Positions 52,358-61,555 of a stretch of 64,000 nucleotides of DNA are shown here, one piece after another. The DNA is taken from NCBI GenBank assembly GCA_965221955.1, contig CBDCTA010000003.1:34277-98276 (forward strand), given 5' to 3'. The notes under the pieces are model-generated. The model did not search any database, was not told the DNA's origin, and worked only from the letters and a program-made list of their open reading frames with translations. The stretch comes from Gammaproteobacteria bacterium. GTDB taxonomy: Bacteria > Pseudomonadota > Gammaproteobacteria > UBA4575. Numbering within the stretch: position 1 is the stretch's first letter; the number at the start of each line of letters is the position of its first letter. The position numbers were made by a program, and so were the translations under genes.

Positions 52358-52681
52358 ATGAAAATAACACTACTTATAATTCTGCTTAGTATATCTGGCG
52401 TTACTTTGTCGGATGTGAATCTATGGAAACCAGACCCCAAGTTTCAATTAGAATACGCGGACTATATGCAAACCATGAGCTGGATATCTGGTGTTTCTTA
52501 CACATTAACTAAACTTCAAACTGAAAAAATATTTTTATGCGATGGGCCTGACTCAATCGGATCAAATGAAATAATTGATTATTTGAATGCTGAATATTCA
52601 GGCGAACAAATCAGTTCGGAACAAGCTATTGAGGCAATTTTTAGAAAATTAAATTCACTATATCCATGTCATGATAAATGA
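52358..52681 (+). CDS. Small exported protein (Rap1a/Tai immunity-like pattern); cassette cargo
   Basis: Signal peptide, WISGV..FLC..LYPC two-Cys pattern; stop codon lies inside repeat copy 2. Confidence 0.65.
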   Translation: MKITLLIILLSISGVTLSDVNLWKPDPKFQLEYADYMQTMSWISGVSYTLTKLQTEKIFLCDGPDSIGSNEIIDYLNAEYSGEQISSEQAIEAIFRKLNSLYPCHDK

Positions 52682-52705
52682 CCGCTAACGACCCAAAGCG
52701 GACAT
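52678..52705 (+). repeat. 28-bp imperfect palindrome, copy 2 (right cassette boundary)
   Basis: ATGACCGCTAACGACCCAAAGCGGACAT; 24/28 identical to copy 1. Confidence 0.85.
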
Positions 52706-52739
52706 TTTCAGGTAACCTAAGTCTAATCGTTGCATCTCA

Positions 52740-52872
52740 CTAGAAACTGCGTCCTGCGTTTCTAGCACTTCCGTCATCCATGACGGTCGTCCCTGATGGA
52801 CATCTTATTCGCGCGGTCGCTCTCGACTTCCTGTCTTTCGCGACACTTGTGCATCCATGCACATCGTCCCTG
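52740..52872. repeat. Modular REP/MITE-like hairpin element
   Basis: Two modules, each [hairpin]-CACTT-[stem-TCCA-stem]-TCGTCCCTG. Confidence 0.75.
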
Positions 52873-52998
52873 CGCTCACTGAATTGATTGAAATCAAGTA
52901 TGGGACACTTTAAAGCCAGTATTATTGAACCATAGATATGTGAGTGATCTAAGAATAAATAGACAATTTTTTTAAATAAATCTAATGGAGTTGATAAT

Positions 52999-53319
52999 AT
53001 GTTCAAGATATTCGAATTACTATCAATAGGTGTCGTATTACTGCTAAGCGCATTTATACTTTCACCTGTAAGTGCGAGTGACAATCCTTTCAATGTGGCA
53101 GATCGAGCATCTGGTTACCAGGTTGCTGATAGCCATGGCGGTAAGCATTGTAAAATGAAGAAAATGGATACTGATGGCGATGGAACCGTAAGTAAAGATG
53201 AATTTATGGCGCATGCAGAGAAAAAATTTAGTCACAAAGATAAAAATGGTGATGGTGTACTAAGTCCGGATGAAATGAAACACCGAAAGCATCGTGGTGA
53301 AAGTAAAACAGACGGCTAA
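52999..53319 (+). CDS. Exported EF-hand protein
   Basis: Signal peptide; DTDGDGTVSKDE and DKNGDGVLSPDE loops. Confidence 0.9.
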   Translation: MFKIFELLSIGVVLLLSAFILSPVSASDNPFNVADRASGYQVADSHGGKHCKMKKMDTDGDGTVSKDEFMAHAEKKFSHKDKNGDGVLSPDEMKHRKHRGESKTDG

Positions 53320-53343
53320 TAGCTGTTAATTTGAAATGAATAG

Positions 53344-53371
53344 AAAGGCGAACGATTGTTCGCCTTTTTTT
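53344..53371. terminator. Intrinsic terminator
   Basis: AAAGGCGAAC-GATT-GTTCGCCTTTTTTT. Confidence 0.85.
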
Positions 53372-53428
53372 ATTAAGAAGGTGAATTAATTTATTTGCTT
53401 CTGAGATCGATCGAAATATATCTATATT

Positions 53429-53866
53429 TTAATTTTTAGGCTTAAATTCTTTTTCTAATTCTTTCGAGCATTTCATAAAATGCTCTTTAGAATTTGCAAC
53501 CATGTTTTGTAATTCTTCTTTGGTTATCTCACCGGCTTCAAAGTCTACTCGCATGAGTTCGTTGACATCTGCGGTGGCTTGTTGCAAGCCTTTGCCTTCA
53601 ACTACGGGTTTAATTGTTGCTATTTGGTATTTTTCTGGGTAGTAATGAAGTATTTCCACTTGGCAGTCCGCCATACCTTTGACGAGAAAATCGAGAGCAG
53701 CGTCAGGGTCTTCTTGTTTTTCAAGTGCAGTGGCGATTTGTTTTTCTAAAATAGGCTTTACTTGTTCAACATATGCTCGTTTATATTTTTCTAGATCTAA
53801 TTCTTCAGCAACACTCGTGTTTGATAAAGCAATCAGTATTACTGTAACTACAGCTGGAATTTTCAT
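53429..53866 (-). CDS. Exported hypothetical protein
   Basis: Signal peptide, helical, two Cys. Confidence 0.65.
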   Translation of the reverse strand: MKIPAVVTVILIALSNTSVAEELDLEKYKRAYVEQVKPILEKQIATALEKQEDPDAALDFLVKGMADCQVEILHYYPEKYQIATIKPVVEGKGLQQATADVNELMRVDFEAGEITKEELQNMVANSKEHFMKCSKELEKEFKPKN

Positions 53867-53890
53867 ATGCGTGCCTCTATGGCTTTCCTG

Positions 53891-54721
53891 TTAATTTGAG
53901 CTCGCAATTTCTCGTTGGGCATTAGGAAAGAACAATTGTCTGCCTTCTAAGGTGAAATCAGCAATCGCTTGTTGGCCTTCGTGGGAAGTAAGCCAGTCTG
54001 AAAATTGTTTGGCTTGATTAAATTTAATGTGTTGATGCCTTTCTGGATTTACCAGAATGATCCCATATTGGTTAAATAAAGGTGGGTCGTTTTCAAATAG
54101 TAAAGTAAGTTCGTCACGATTTTTAAACGATAACCAGGTGCCACGATCTGACATCGTGTAGGCATTCATGCCATTCGCGATGTTAAGTGTTGTACCCATT
54201 CCAGCACCTGCTTCGCGATACCATTCACCATTGTGCGAATCGATATCAACACCAGTGAGTTGCCAAAGTTCAAGTTCTTTTTTATGGGTTCCGCTATCGT
54301 CTCCACGAGAAACGAAAGGTACATTGCTATTACTGATTTGTTTAAAAGCATCTGCAGCTTTTTTTAGATCTTTAATTTTTGCGGGGTCGTTTTTAGGACC
54401 AATGATCACATAGTCGTTATACATGACATCACGACGTTCGATACCGAAGCCTTGTTGAATAAATTTTTCTTCAGAAGGTTTGTGATGTACCAAAATTATA
54501 TCTGCATCACCTCGTTCACCTAATAGTAATGCACGCCCAGTACCCACTGCGATTACACGCACATCAATACCGGTTTTGTTCTTAAACTTCGGTACTAAAT
54601 ATTCCAATAAGCCTGAGTTATCGGTTGAAGTAGTAGAAGAAAGTGTAATAAACGTATCTTCCTCTGCATCGACAGTATTGATGCTGAGTAATAATAATAA
54701 AATTGCCAAAGTCCGTTTCAT
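53891..54721 (-). CDS. tupA: Tungstate ABC transporter substrate-binding protein
   Basis: STTSTDNSGLL, VGTGRAL, SRGDDSGTH, DRGTW. Confidence 0.9.
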   Translation of the reverse strand: MKRTLAILLLLLSINTVDAEEDTFITLSSTTSTDNSGLLEYLVPKFKNKTGIDVRVIAVGTGRALLLGERGDADIILVHHKPSEEKFIQQGFGIERRDVMYNDYVIIGPKNDPAKIKDLKKAADAFKQISNSNVPFVSRGDDSGTHKKELELWQLTGVDIDSHNGEWYREAGAGMGTTLNIANGMNAYTMSDRGTWLSFKNRDELTLLFENDPPLFNQYGIILVNPERHQHIKFNQAKQFSDWLTSHEGQQAIADFTLEGRQLFFPNAQREIASSN

Positions 54722-54723
54722 AT

Positions 54724-55455
54724 TTATTTTTTTCCTATTAATAATTTCCCGGCGATAAAGTCTTGTGCAGTTTGCGTTTGTGCTTGTGTAAAAAATTCTT
54801 GTGCGAGAGTGTGTTCGACTAACTTCCCTTGATGAAAAAATAGTATATCGTTCGCGAGCCGGTGTGCCTGGCCTAAGTCATGTGTAGTCATAATTATTTT
54901 AGTACCTTGTTGGGCAATTGTCTCGATTAAACGTTCGATTACCGCAGTACCATTAGGGTCTAATTCTGCAGTGGGTTCATCAAGTAGCATTACTTTAGGT
55001 TGTAGAACCCAAGCACGGGCGATATTCAGGCGTTGTTGCTCGCCACCTGATAAAACCCTGGCATTACGCTCGGCCAGTGAGGCTAAACCAGTATCTTGTA
55101 GCGCAGTTGTAATCAGTGACTCATAGTTCGATTTATCAACATTGTGTAGTGACAATACATATTCAAGATTGGCGCGAACGCTGCGTCGAAGTAGGACTGG
55201 TTTTTGGAATATATAGGCCCGCCACGATTGCTGTGGTTGTGGAATATGCGAATTCCACTTTGCGTGACCTAGATGTGGTGTTTCTAAGCCATGTAATGCG
55301 CGCAACAATAAACTTTTACCAGCACCGTTTGGGCCAAGAATGACGGTTACATCATTAGACTCTATTGTTAAGCTCACATCATTTAATAATAGATTGCCTT
55401 TTTTAGCAATTTGCAAGTCGCTTACTTGTAGCGGTAATGCATTTACTTCGTTCAT
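54724..55455 (-). CDS. tupC: Tungstate ABC transporter ATPase
   Basis: GPNGAGKS, LSGGEQQR, LLDEPT; lies between tupB and tupA. Confidence 0.85.
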   Translation of the reverse strand: MNEVNALPLQVSDLQIAKKGNLLLNDVSLTIESNDVTVILGPNGAGKSLLLRALHGLETPHLGHAKWNSHIPQPQQSWRAYIFQKPVLLRRSVRANLEYVLSLHNVDKSNYESLITTALQDTGLASLAERNARVLSGGEQQRLNIARAWVLQPKVMLLDEPTAELDPNGTAVIERLIETIAQQGTKIIMTTHDLGQAHRLANDILFFHQGKLVEHTLAQEFFTQAQTQTAQDFIAGKLLIGKK

Positions 55456-55456
55456 A

Positions 55457-56161
55457 TTAGCTGTGGTATTGGTAAGCAGCATGCCGTGCACTCATAACAA
55501 AAGAAGTCACAATTAAAGAAATGGCAATTAAAATGATGCCGAGTGCAAGGGCGAGTTCGATGTCACCCTTACGTGTTTCGAGTGCAATTGCGGTAGTCAT
55601 CACGCGGGTGGCATGATTGATATTGCCACCAACAATGAGTACGGCGCCTACCTCAGCAATGGCACGACCAAACCCTGCAAACACGCCTGTCATTAAGCTA
55701 AAACGTGTTTCCCATAATAATGTTTTCATCATGCGCGAGGATTTTGCGCCCAGCGCGCGTAGTTGCTCATGGTATTCATCATTCGCATCAAGAATGGTTT
55801 GACGAGTAAGTGCCGCAACGATGGGTGTGATTAAACAAATTTGTGCAATGATCATTGCAGTGGGAGTGAACAGTAGCCCTAATACTCCTAGTGGACCTGA
55901 GCGTGAAAGAAGTAGGTACACGACTAAGCCTACAACAACCGGCGGTAAGCCCATAAATGCATTCAGTAGGGCAACGATGAGTCCGCGGCCGTAAAACTTG
56001 TATAAGGCTAATGCAGCACCAAGGGGTAATCCGATTAAGCTTGCGATAAATACAGCTGTTAGACTCACGCGCAATGACAACCCAATGATTTCGAGCAAAT
56101 CGGGATCAAGTTGAATGATGAGCTGTAGCGCTTTCGCAAAAGCTTGTGAAAAATCGTTCAA
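55457..56161 (-). CDS. tupB: Tungstate ABC transporter permease
   Basis: GLPPVVVGL, SRSGPLG, GFGRAIAEVGA..GGNI..TR. Confidence 0.9.
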   Translation of the reverse strand: MNDFSQAFAKALQLIIQLDPDLLEIIGLSLRVSLTAVFIASLIGLPLGAALALYKFYGRGLIVALLNAFMGLPPVVVGLVVYLLLSRSGPLGVLGLLFTPTAMIIAQICLITPIVAALTRQTILDANDEYHEQLRALGAKSSRMMKTLLWETRFSLMTGVFAGFGRAIAEVGAVLIVGGNINHATRVMTTAIALETRKGDIELALALGIILIAISLIVTSFVMSARHAAYQYHS

Positions 56162-56224
56162 GAAAAATACCAGTCAGCTTGCCGTTAATTAACTAGCTTG
56201 CATGAATTTATTATTTAAAAGAAT

Positions 56225-56242
56225 GATACCGAATTCGGTATC
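56225..56242. promoter_or_regulatory. Perfect 18-bp palindrome upstream of the tup operon
   Basis: GATACCGAATTCGGTATC. Confidence 0.4.
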
Positions 56243-56289
56243 CGTGCAGCGCGCTATTTAGAGGTAATCTTTATTTAGCCTTTTTAAAA

Positions 56290-56736
56290 CTATGGTTTTT
56301 TTACAGGCATTACGATATTGATTTCTTGGCTATCCAAATTTTCTTGATCCGTAGTGTCTAGATGTACCGTAACCGTTATTTCATCACCTGCCTTAAAGGC
56401 TGCTTTTGGTGTCATTAACATCAAGTGGTAACTACCTGGTTCTAATTTAAGCGAATCACCAGCCGGAATAGGCAAGTCTTTTTGACGGCGCATTTTTGCA
56501 ATACCATTTTCAACAATGGTGCGATGTATTTCGACTACATTGAATTGTGCACTGTTTGCAGAGCTTAAAACGCGTGTTTGTTCAGTATTATTTTTGATCG
56601 TTACATAACCTGCCATCGCACTTGCATTAGGTGGGGCTTCGCGAATCCAAGCACCTTCAATGCTAAAGGGTTCTTGCTCAGATTGCTGACATGCTGTCAG
56701 AATGCTAAGTAATAAAATTGCAATAAAATGATACAT
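56290..56736 (-). CDS. Copper chaperone PCu(A)C lipoprotein
   Basis: Lipobox LTAC, AWIR, EIH..M, LEPGSYHLMLM. Confidence 0.9.
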   Translation of the reverse strand: MYHFIAILLLSILTACQQSEQEPFSIEGAWIREAPPNASAMAGYVTIKNNTEQTRVLSSANSAQFNVVEIHRTIVENGIAKMRRQKDLPIPAGDSLKLEPGSYHLMLMTPKAAFKAGDEITVTVHLDTTDQENLDSQEINIVMPVKKP

Positions 56737-56832
56737 GTAGGTATAAACAATTAATTTTTTGTGATAATAAATTAATAACTTCTATAATTATACTTAAAAG
56801 ACCGATATATAGTTAATGCGTAGGTATTTGTT

Positions 56833-57219
56833 ATGAACGAGAGTCCTGACGATCGAATTTATTCAGAAGAACATATCTGGTTGTTGATGGAAACGGATGA
56901 AGTTGCAACGATTGGGATAACAGAATACGCACAGTCGGAACTTGGTGATATTGTGTATGTAGAATTGCCTGAAGAAGGAAATATTTATCAAGCAGGACAA
57001 CCTTGTGCAGTGGTGGAATCTGTCAAAGCGGCGAGCGATATTCATGCGCCTGTTGAGTGTAAAATCACCGAGGTTAATGAGGATTTAGTAGATTCACCAG
57101 AAATACTAAATGAAGATCCTTATGATGAAGGTTGGTTATGTAAAGTAGAAATACTAGATAAATCAGTAATTGACACATTATTGAATGCAAGCCAATATGA
57201 CTCATTGGTTGAAAGTTAG
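56833..57219 (+). CDS. gcvH: Glycine cleavage H / lipoyl carrier protein
   Basis: GITEYAQ..LGDIVYVELP, VESVKAASD, DPYDEGW. Confidence 0.93.
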   Translation: MNESPDDRIYSEEHIWLLMETDEVATIGITEYAQSELGDIVYVELPEEGNIYQAGQPCAVVESVKAASDIHAPVECKITEVNEDLVDSPEILNEDPYDEGWLCKVEILDKSVIDTLLNASQYDSLVES

Positions 57220-57284
57220 TGCTTATCTTTTTTGCACTGAGTTAATTATAAAAAGCCATAGATTAAAATAATTCGGAGATAAAA

Positions 57285-57785
57285 ATGGCAAAAATTACTT
57301 TGCAAGGAAATGAAATTCATACAAATGGAAACCTTCCAGAAATTGGCAGCACTGCACCTGATTTCGTATTAGTAAATAAAGATTTGGAAAATGTTTCTTT
57401 ATCTTCTTTTCCTGGAAAGAAAAAGCTTCTTAGCATTGTTCCAAGTTTAGACACACCTGTTTGTGCAACTTCTACTAAAAAGTTTAATAATTATGCAAAA
57501 GTTCATGAGGACGTTGTTATTTTAGTGATCGCAGCAGATTTACCTTTTGCAATGTCGCGGTTTTGTAGTGCAGAAGGTGTTGAGAACGTTGTGCCACTTT
57601 CTATTATGCGCTCCGATGCATTTTCGCGTGACTATGGTGTGCTCATTGAAGATGGACCATTAGCAGGGATCACAGCACGCGCCTTACTCGTGTTAGACCA
57701 AGATAATTCAGTGATACATTCGGAACTAGTGAGTGAAATTGCGCATGAGCCAGACTACGATGCTGCGATGAAAGCACTGGATTAA
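57285..57785 (+). CDS. tpx: Thiol peroxidase
   Basis: PSLDTPVC, DLPFAMSRFC, EPDYDAA. Confidence 0.95.
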   Translation: MAKITLQGNEIHTNGNLPEIGSTAPDFVLVNKDLENVSLSSFPGKKKLLSIVPSLDTPVCATSTKKFNNYAKVHEDVVILVIAADLPFAMSRFCSAEGVENVVPLSIMRSDAFSRDYGVLIEDGPLAGITARALLVLDQDNSVIHSELVSEIAHEPDYDAAMKALD

Positions 57786-57791
57786 TCACGC

Positions 57792-58559
57792 TTAATCCAA
57801 TCCTGGGTGTTCGACAATTTTCGCAATCGCATTTCTTGCGGATTGGGCTAATTCTTTTCTTTGCTGATGTTTGCTTTCTAGAGGTTTGCAGAAAGTAACT
57901 TCTGCAATCGTACGTTTGGCACACATAATTTCGAATGCGTGTCGAACTAAGTTGGGGTCTTCAACATAAGGTACGATTGGGTTGACTCGGGTCGAGTCCA
58001 TGTCTTCTATTACCGGATAGCGTAGCGCGACAGGTTGTACCGGTGTTTCGGTTTCAATTGCTGCAGCAAATAAGCGTGCATGAAAAGTATGTATCGATGT
58101 ACCGTCGGTTGTTTTGGCTTCTGGGAAAGAAGCTACACTGTGACCTGCTGTCAATTTCGTTTGCATGAGTTCGATCGCTTCTGCTGCACCATTTTTTGAG
58201 CCTCGATGTATAAACAAAGTACCTGCTTTGGCAGCCAGTGTTCCGATTACTGGCCAGTTGCGGATTTCTGCTTTGGATAAAAACGAAACCGGTAAAACAG
58301 AAGATATAATAATAATGTCTAGCCAAGAGATATGATTCGCGACGACGAACGCAGGAGAGTTTGCTGCTTTACCATGCTCTTCAATATCAATACCAATAAT
58401 TTCAGCACTACGGTGCAACCATGTTTGAATGATTTTATGTTGTACTTCGGTTAAATCATGGCTCTGTGTGCCATGCAGTTTGGTATAGGATAAAAACAGT
58501 CCTTTAAATAGATGTGCAATTAAATGCAGCAGTCTGAATATTCCACGTAGAATACGCAT
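57792..58559 (-). CDS. Lysophospholipid acyltransferase (PlsC/OlsA-like)
   Basis: NHISWLDI, FLSKAEI..WP, FPEAKT. Confidence 0.9.
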   Translation of the reverse strand: MRILRGIFRLLHLIAHLFKGLFLSYTKLHGTQSHDLTEVQHKIIQTWLHRSAEIIGIDIEEHGKAANSPAFVVANHISWLDIIIISSVLPVSFLSKAEIRNWPVIGTLAAKAGTLFIHRGSKNGAAEAIELMQTKLTAGHSVASFPEAKTTDGTSIHTFHARLFAAAIETETPVQPVALRYPVIEDMDSTRVNPIVPYVEDPNLVRHAFEIMCAKRTIAEVTFCKPLESKHQQRKELAQSARNAIAKIVEHPGLD

Positions 58560-58561
58560 GC

Positions 58562-60659
58562 TTAATGACTGGCACCATGAATGCTGGTTTGTGCGAGTAT
58601 TTTTTGTAATTCTGAAAAGGTTTCTATAGGTGTCTCACATTGTGTACCACTGCAAACGTAAGCGGTTACACCTTCTTCGCTAGAAGTTTTGAATATCTTT
58701 TCTGCAATGGCATTTGGCAAGTTAATTTCGTTTGCATCGATAGAAAAAACCATACGCTGTGGAGCGTAACCATGATTGCAGGCTTCATACCATTTTGTTA
58801 AGGATTTTTTGTCTCCACGTAAAATTATAATTTGTGGTGGATGCAATTGTTCTTCATAGGCATGTAGCAAGCTAGTGTGTCCGAGAGGGGACTGACTGAT
58901 CGCTTGCGCAGAAAATTGCAATGTGTGTTCAGCCGCTTCAATATATTTTGATTCTGCTAGCAGGTATCCTAAGCGTGCTAAGGCAAATGCAGCAATGCCA
59001 TTTCCAGAAGGGGTGGAATCATCACTAATGGTTTTAGGTCGTTGAATCAATTGTTCGTGATCAATTGCGGTGAAATAAAATCCACCTACAGATGAGTCTT
59101 CAAACTGATCTAGAAGCACATTGGCAATTTCACAAGCCCAATTTAAATCTTCAGTATTCCAATGTGCCTGTAACATTTCTAATAAGGCATCTAACAAATA
59201 TGCGTAGTCATCAAGATATGCATCTAAATGTGCGTTACCGTCTTTGTAGGTTGCAAATAAACGTTGGTTTTTCCACATTGTGTTGCGGATAAAGTCTAAT
59301 GCACGCTTAGCAGAGGTAATGTAGTCATTATTATTGAGTGCACGGCCGGCAATTGCCATGCCACGGATCATTAAGGCATTCCAGCTGGTAAGAATTTTTT
59401 CATCACGTCCAGGTCGAATTCTTTTTTCACGTATAGCAAAAAGTTTTGCCTTTGCATTGTCATTAAGCTGATTAAACTCAACTGAACTGATAGATTGTTC
59501 TTCGCATATTTGTTTTTCAGTTTTAAAAGTATGTAAGTGGTAGCTGCCTTCAAAATTAGCCGCGCCGTCAAAACCAAAATGCGGAGCAAAGATGGCATAT
59601 TCATCGGGAGTTAGAATGTTTTGAACTTCAGTGCGATCCCACACGTAGAATTTGCCTTCCGTTCCTTCCGAGTCTGCATCAAGTGTCGAATAGTAACCGC
59701 CTTCTGGTGATTGCATTTCACGCACTAGCCATTGCGTGATGCCTTCACAGGTGCGTTTAAATTGTTCTGAGTAATTTAAAGAAAATGCTTGGGCATATAA
59801 TGCGAGTAGCGGCCCATTGTCATACAGCATTTTCTCAAAGTGAGGTATCATCCAATATTGGTCGACAGAGTAGCGACTGAAGCCACCCCCGAGATGATCA
59901 TAAAGTCCACCTGCGGCCATTTTTTCTAAACTAAAGATTGCAGCGTGCAAAGCACGAAGCTTATTCTCGTCGTTAATTTTATGTTAGAGCGTAATAACGC
60001 AGCAATCTTTCGATATTGCTAGGATGTGGAAACTTAGGGGCATTGCCAAAGCCTCCATGTTCTGCATCAAATGCTTGTTCTAAATGCTCTGTGCAGGTAT
60101 CTAAAATATTTGCTGATAAATCCATCTGCGTGAAAGCAGGCTCATAGATATTTTGCAGTGCAGTGTGCATAGATTGATTTTGTGTGGTGATTTCACCGCG
60201 GCGATTTTGATAAAAATCTGATATGTGATGCAGTAGTTCTTTAAAAGAAGGCAGTCCATGGCGCGGTGTGTCTGGGAAATAGGTACCACCAAAAAATGGC
60301 ATTTGATCTTCAGGAGTTAGAAACATGGTGAGTGGCCAACCACCCGAACGTTGTGTTAATAAGTATTGGGCAGTTTGATAAATTTTATCGATATCAGGAC
60401 GTTCTTCACGATCAATTTTAATATTGATGTAAAGCTCATTCATAATTTTAGCTGTAGCTTCATCCTCAAACGACTCATGCGCCATCACATGACACCAGTG
60501 ACATGCGGAATAACCTATCGATAATAAGATAGGTTTTTTTTCATCTTTTGCACGTTGTAATGCGGCTTCACACCATGGATACCACTCAACGGGGTTTTCG
60601 GCATGTTGTAGTAAGTATGGACTGGTTTGGTCGGCAAGATGATTTTTACTGTTTGTCAT
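58562..60659 (-). CDS. YyaL/SSP411-type thioredoxin-domain protein, split by a frameshift near 59980
   Basis: N-half has SPYLLQHA and CHWCHVM; C-half has HFEKMLYDN and DEKILTSWN; the halves are contiguous in adjacent frames. Confidence 0.9.
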
Positions 60660-60744
60660 TAGTTATGGCCCGAAAGTGATGTTCAATTTTTATACATTTT
60701 TTTGTTGGTTACTAAGTCAGTCTAACTGTTGTTATAGTGTAAGT

Positions 60745-61544
60745 ATGCTTACTTTTCCTGAAATCGATCCAGTTATTTTTGCAATCGGCCCATTAAAACT
60801 TCGTTGGTACGGTTTGATGTATGCCGTGGGTTTTTTAGGGTTTTGGATCATCGGACGTGTTCATGCAAAAAAACAGCATACCGTAGCGAAGCCTAATGAC
60901 GTTGGTGATATTTTATTTTATGGCATGCTAGGTGTGATATTGGGCGGGAGGATTGGTTCCGTTCTGTTTTATAACTTTTCATTATTTTTAGAAAACCCAC
61001 TTTACTTGTTTAAAATTTGGGAAGGAGGCATGAGCTTCCATGGTGGCTTGATTGGTGTGATTGTTGCGCTATGGCTTTACCAACACAGTAAGGGTTATGG
61101 GTTTTACGACTTTGTGATTTTGTAGCTCCAATGGTACCGATTGGCTTGGGTGCTGGGCGCATTGGCAACTTCATCAATGGAGAGCTGTGGGGGCGGGTGA
61201 CAGATGTTCCGTGGGCTATGGTATTTCCACACGCAGGTGATATGCCACGCCATCCTTCGCAACTTTATCAAGCATTTTTAGAAGGATTGGTAATGTTTAT
61301 CGTCCTTTGGGTATTTGCACAAAAGTCACGTCCTATCGGGGCAGTATGTGGTCTATTTATACTTCTTTATGGGGTTTTCCGTTTCGCAATAGAATTTGTA
61401 CGCCAACCCGATGCACATTTAAATTTCATTGCTTTTAATTGGCTTACCATGGGGCAATTACTGTCCTTACCGATGATACTTGTTGGTATTGTTACGATGT
61501 GGTTGGCATATAATAAATTTGGTTACGCATCAGAAAATAGCTAG
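60745..61544 (+). CDS. lgt: Prolipoprotein diacylglyceryl transferase, split by a frameshift near 61112
   Basis: RWYGLMY and GGMSFHGG in the first ORF; [14 protein letters not shown] and HPSQLY in the second; one added base restores DFVAPMVP. Confidence 0.93.
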
Positions 61545-61555
61545 AAAAATAATTT

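Noticed and set aside
52317-52872. Possible CRISPR array or integron attC sites
   Set aside because: Only two 28-bp copies, 361 bp apart; no cas or intI gene; no attC core sites.
52740-53093. Minus-strand 117-aa ORF
   Set aside because: Translates through the hairpin repeat element and overlaps the EF-hand gene on the opposite strand.
56162-56289. Moco/Wco riboswitch upstream of tup
   Set aside because: No recognisable multi-stem GC-rich structure; only one short palindrome.
61100-61135. Programmed frameshift or stop readthrough in lgt
   Set aside because: No canonical slippery heptamer with a stimulatory structure; a missing base is simpler given two other similar breaks.
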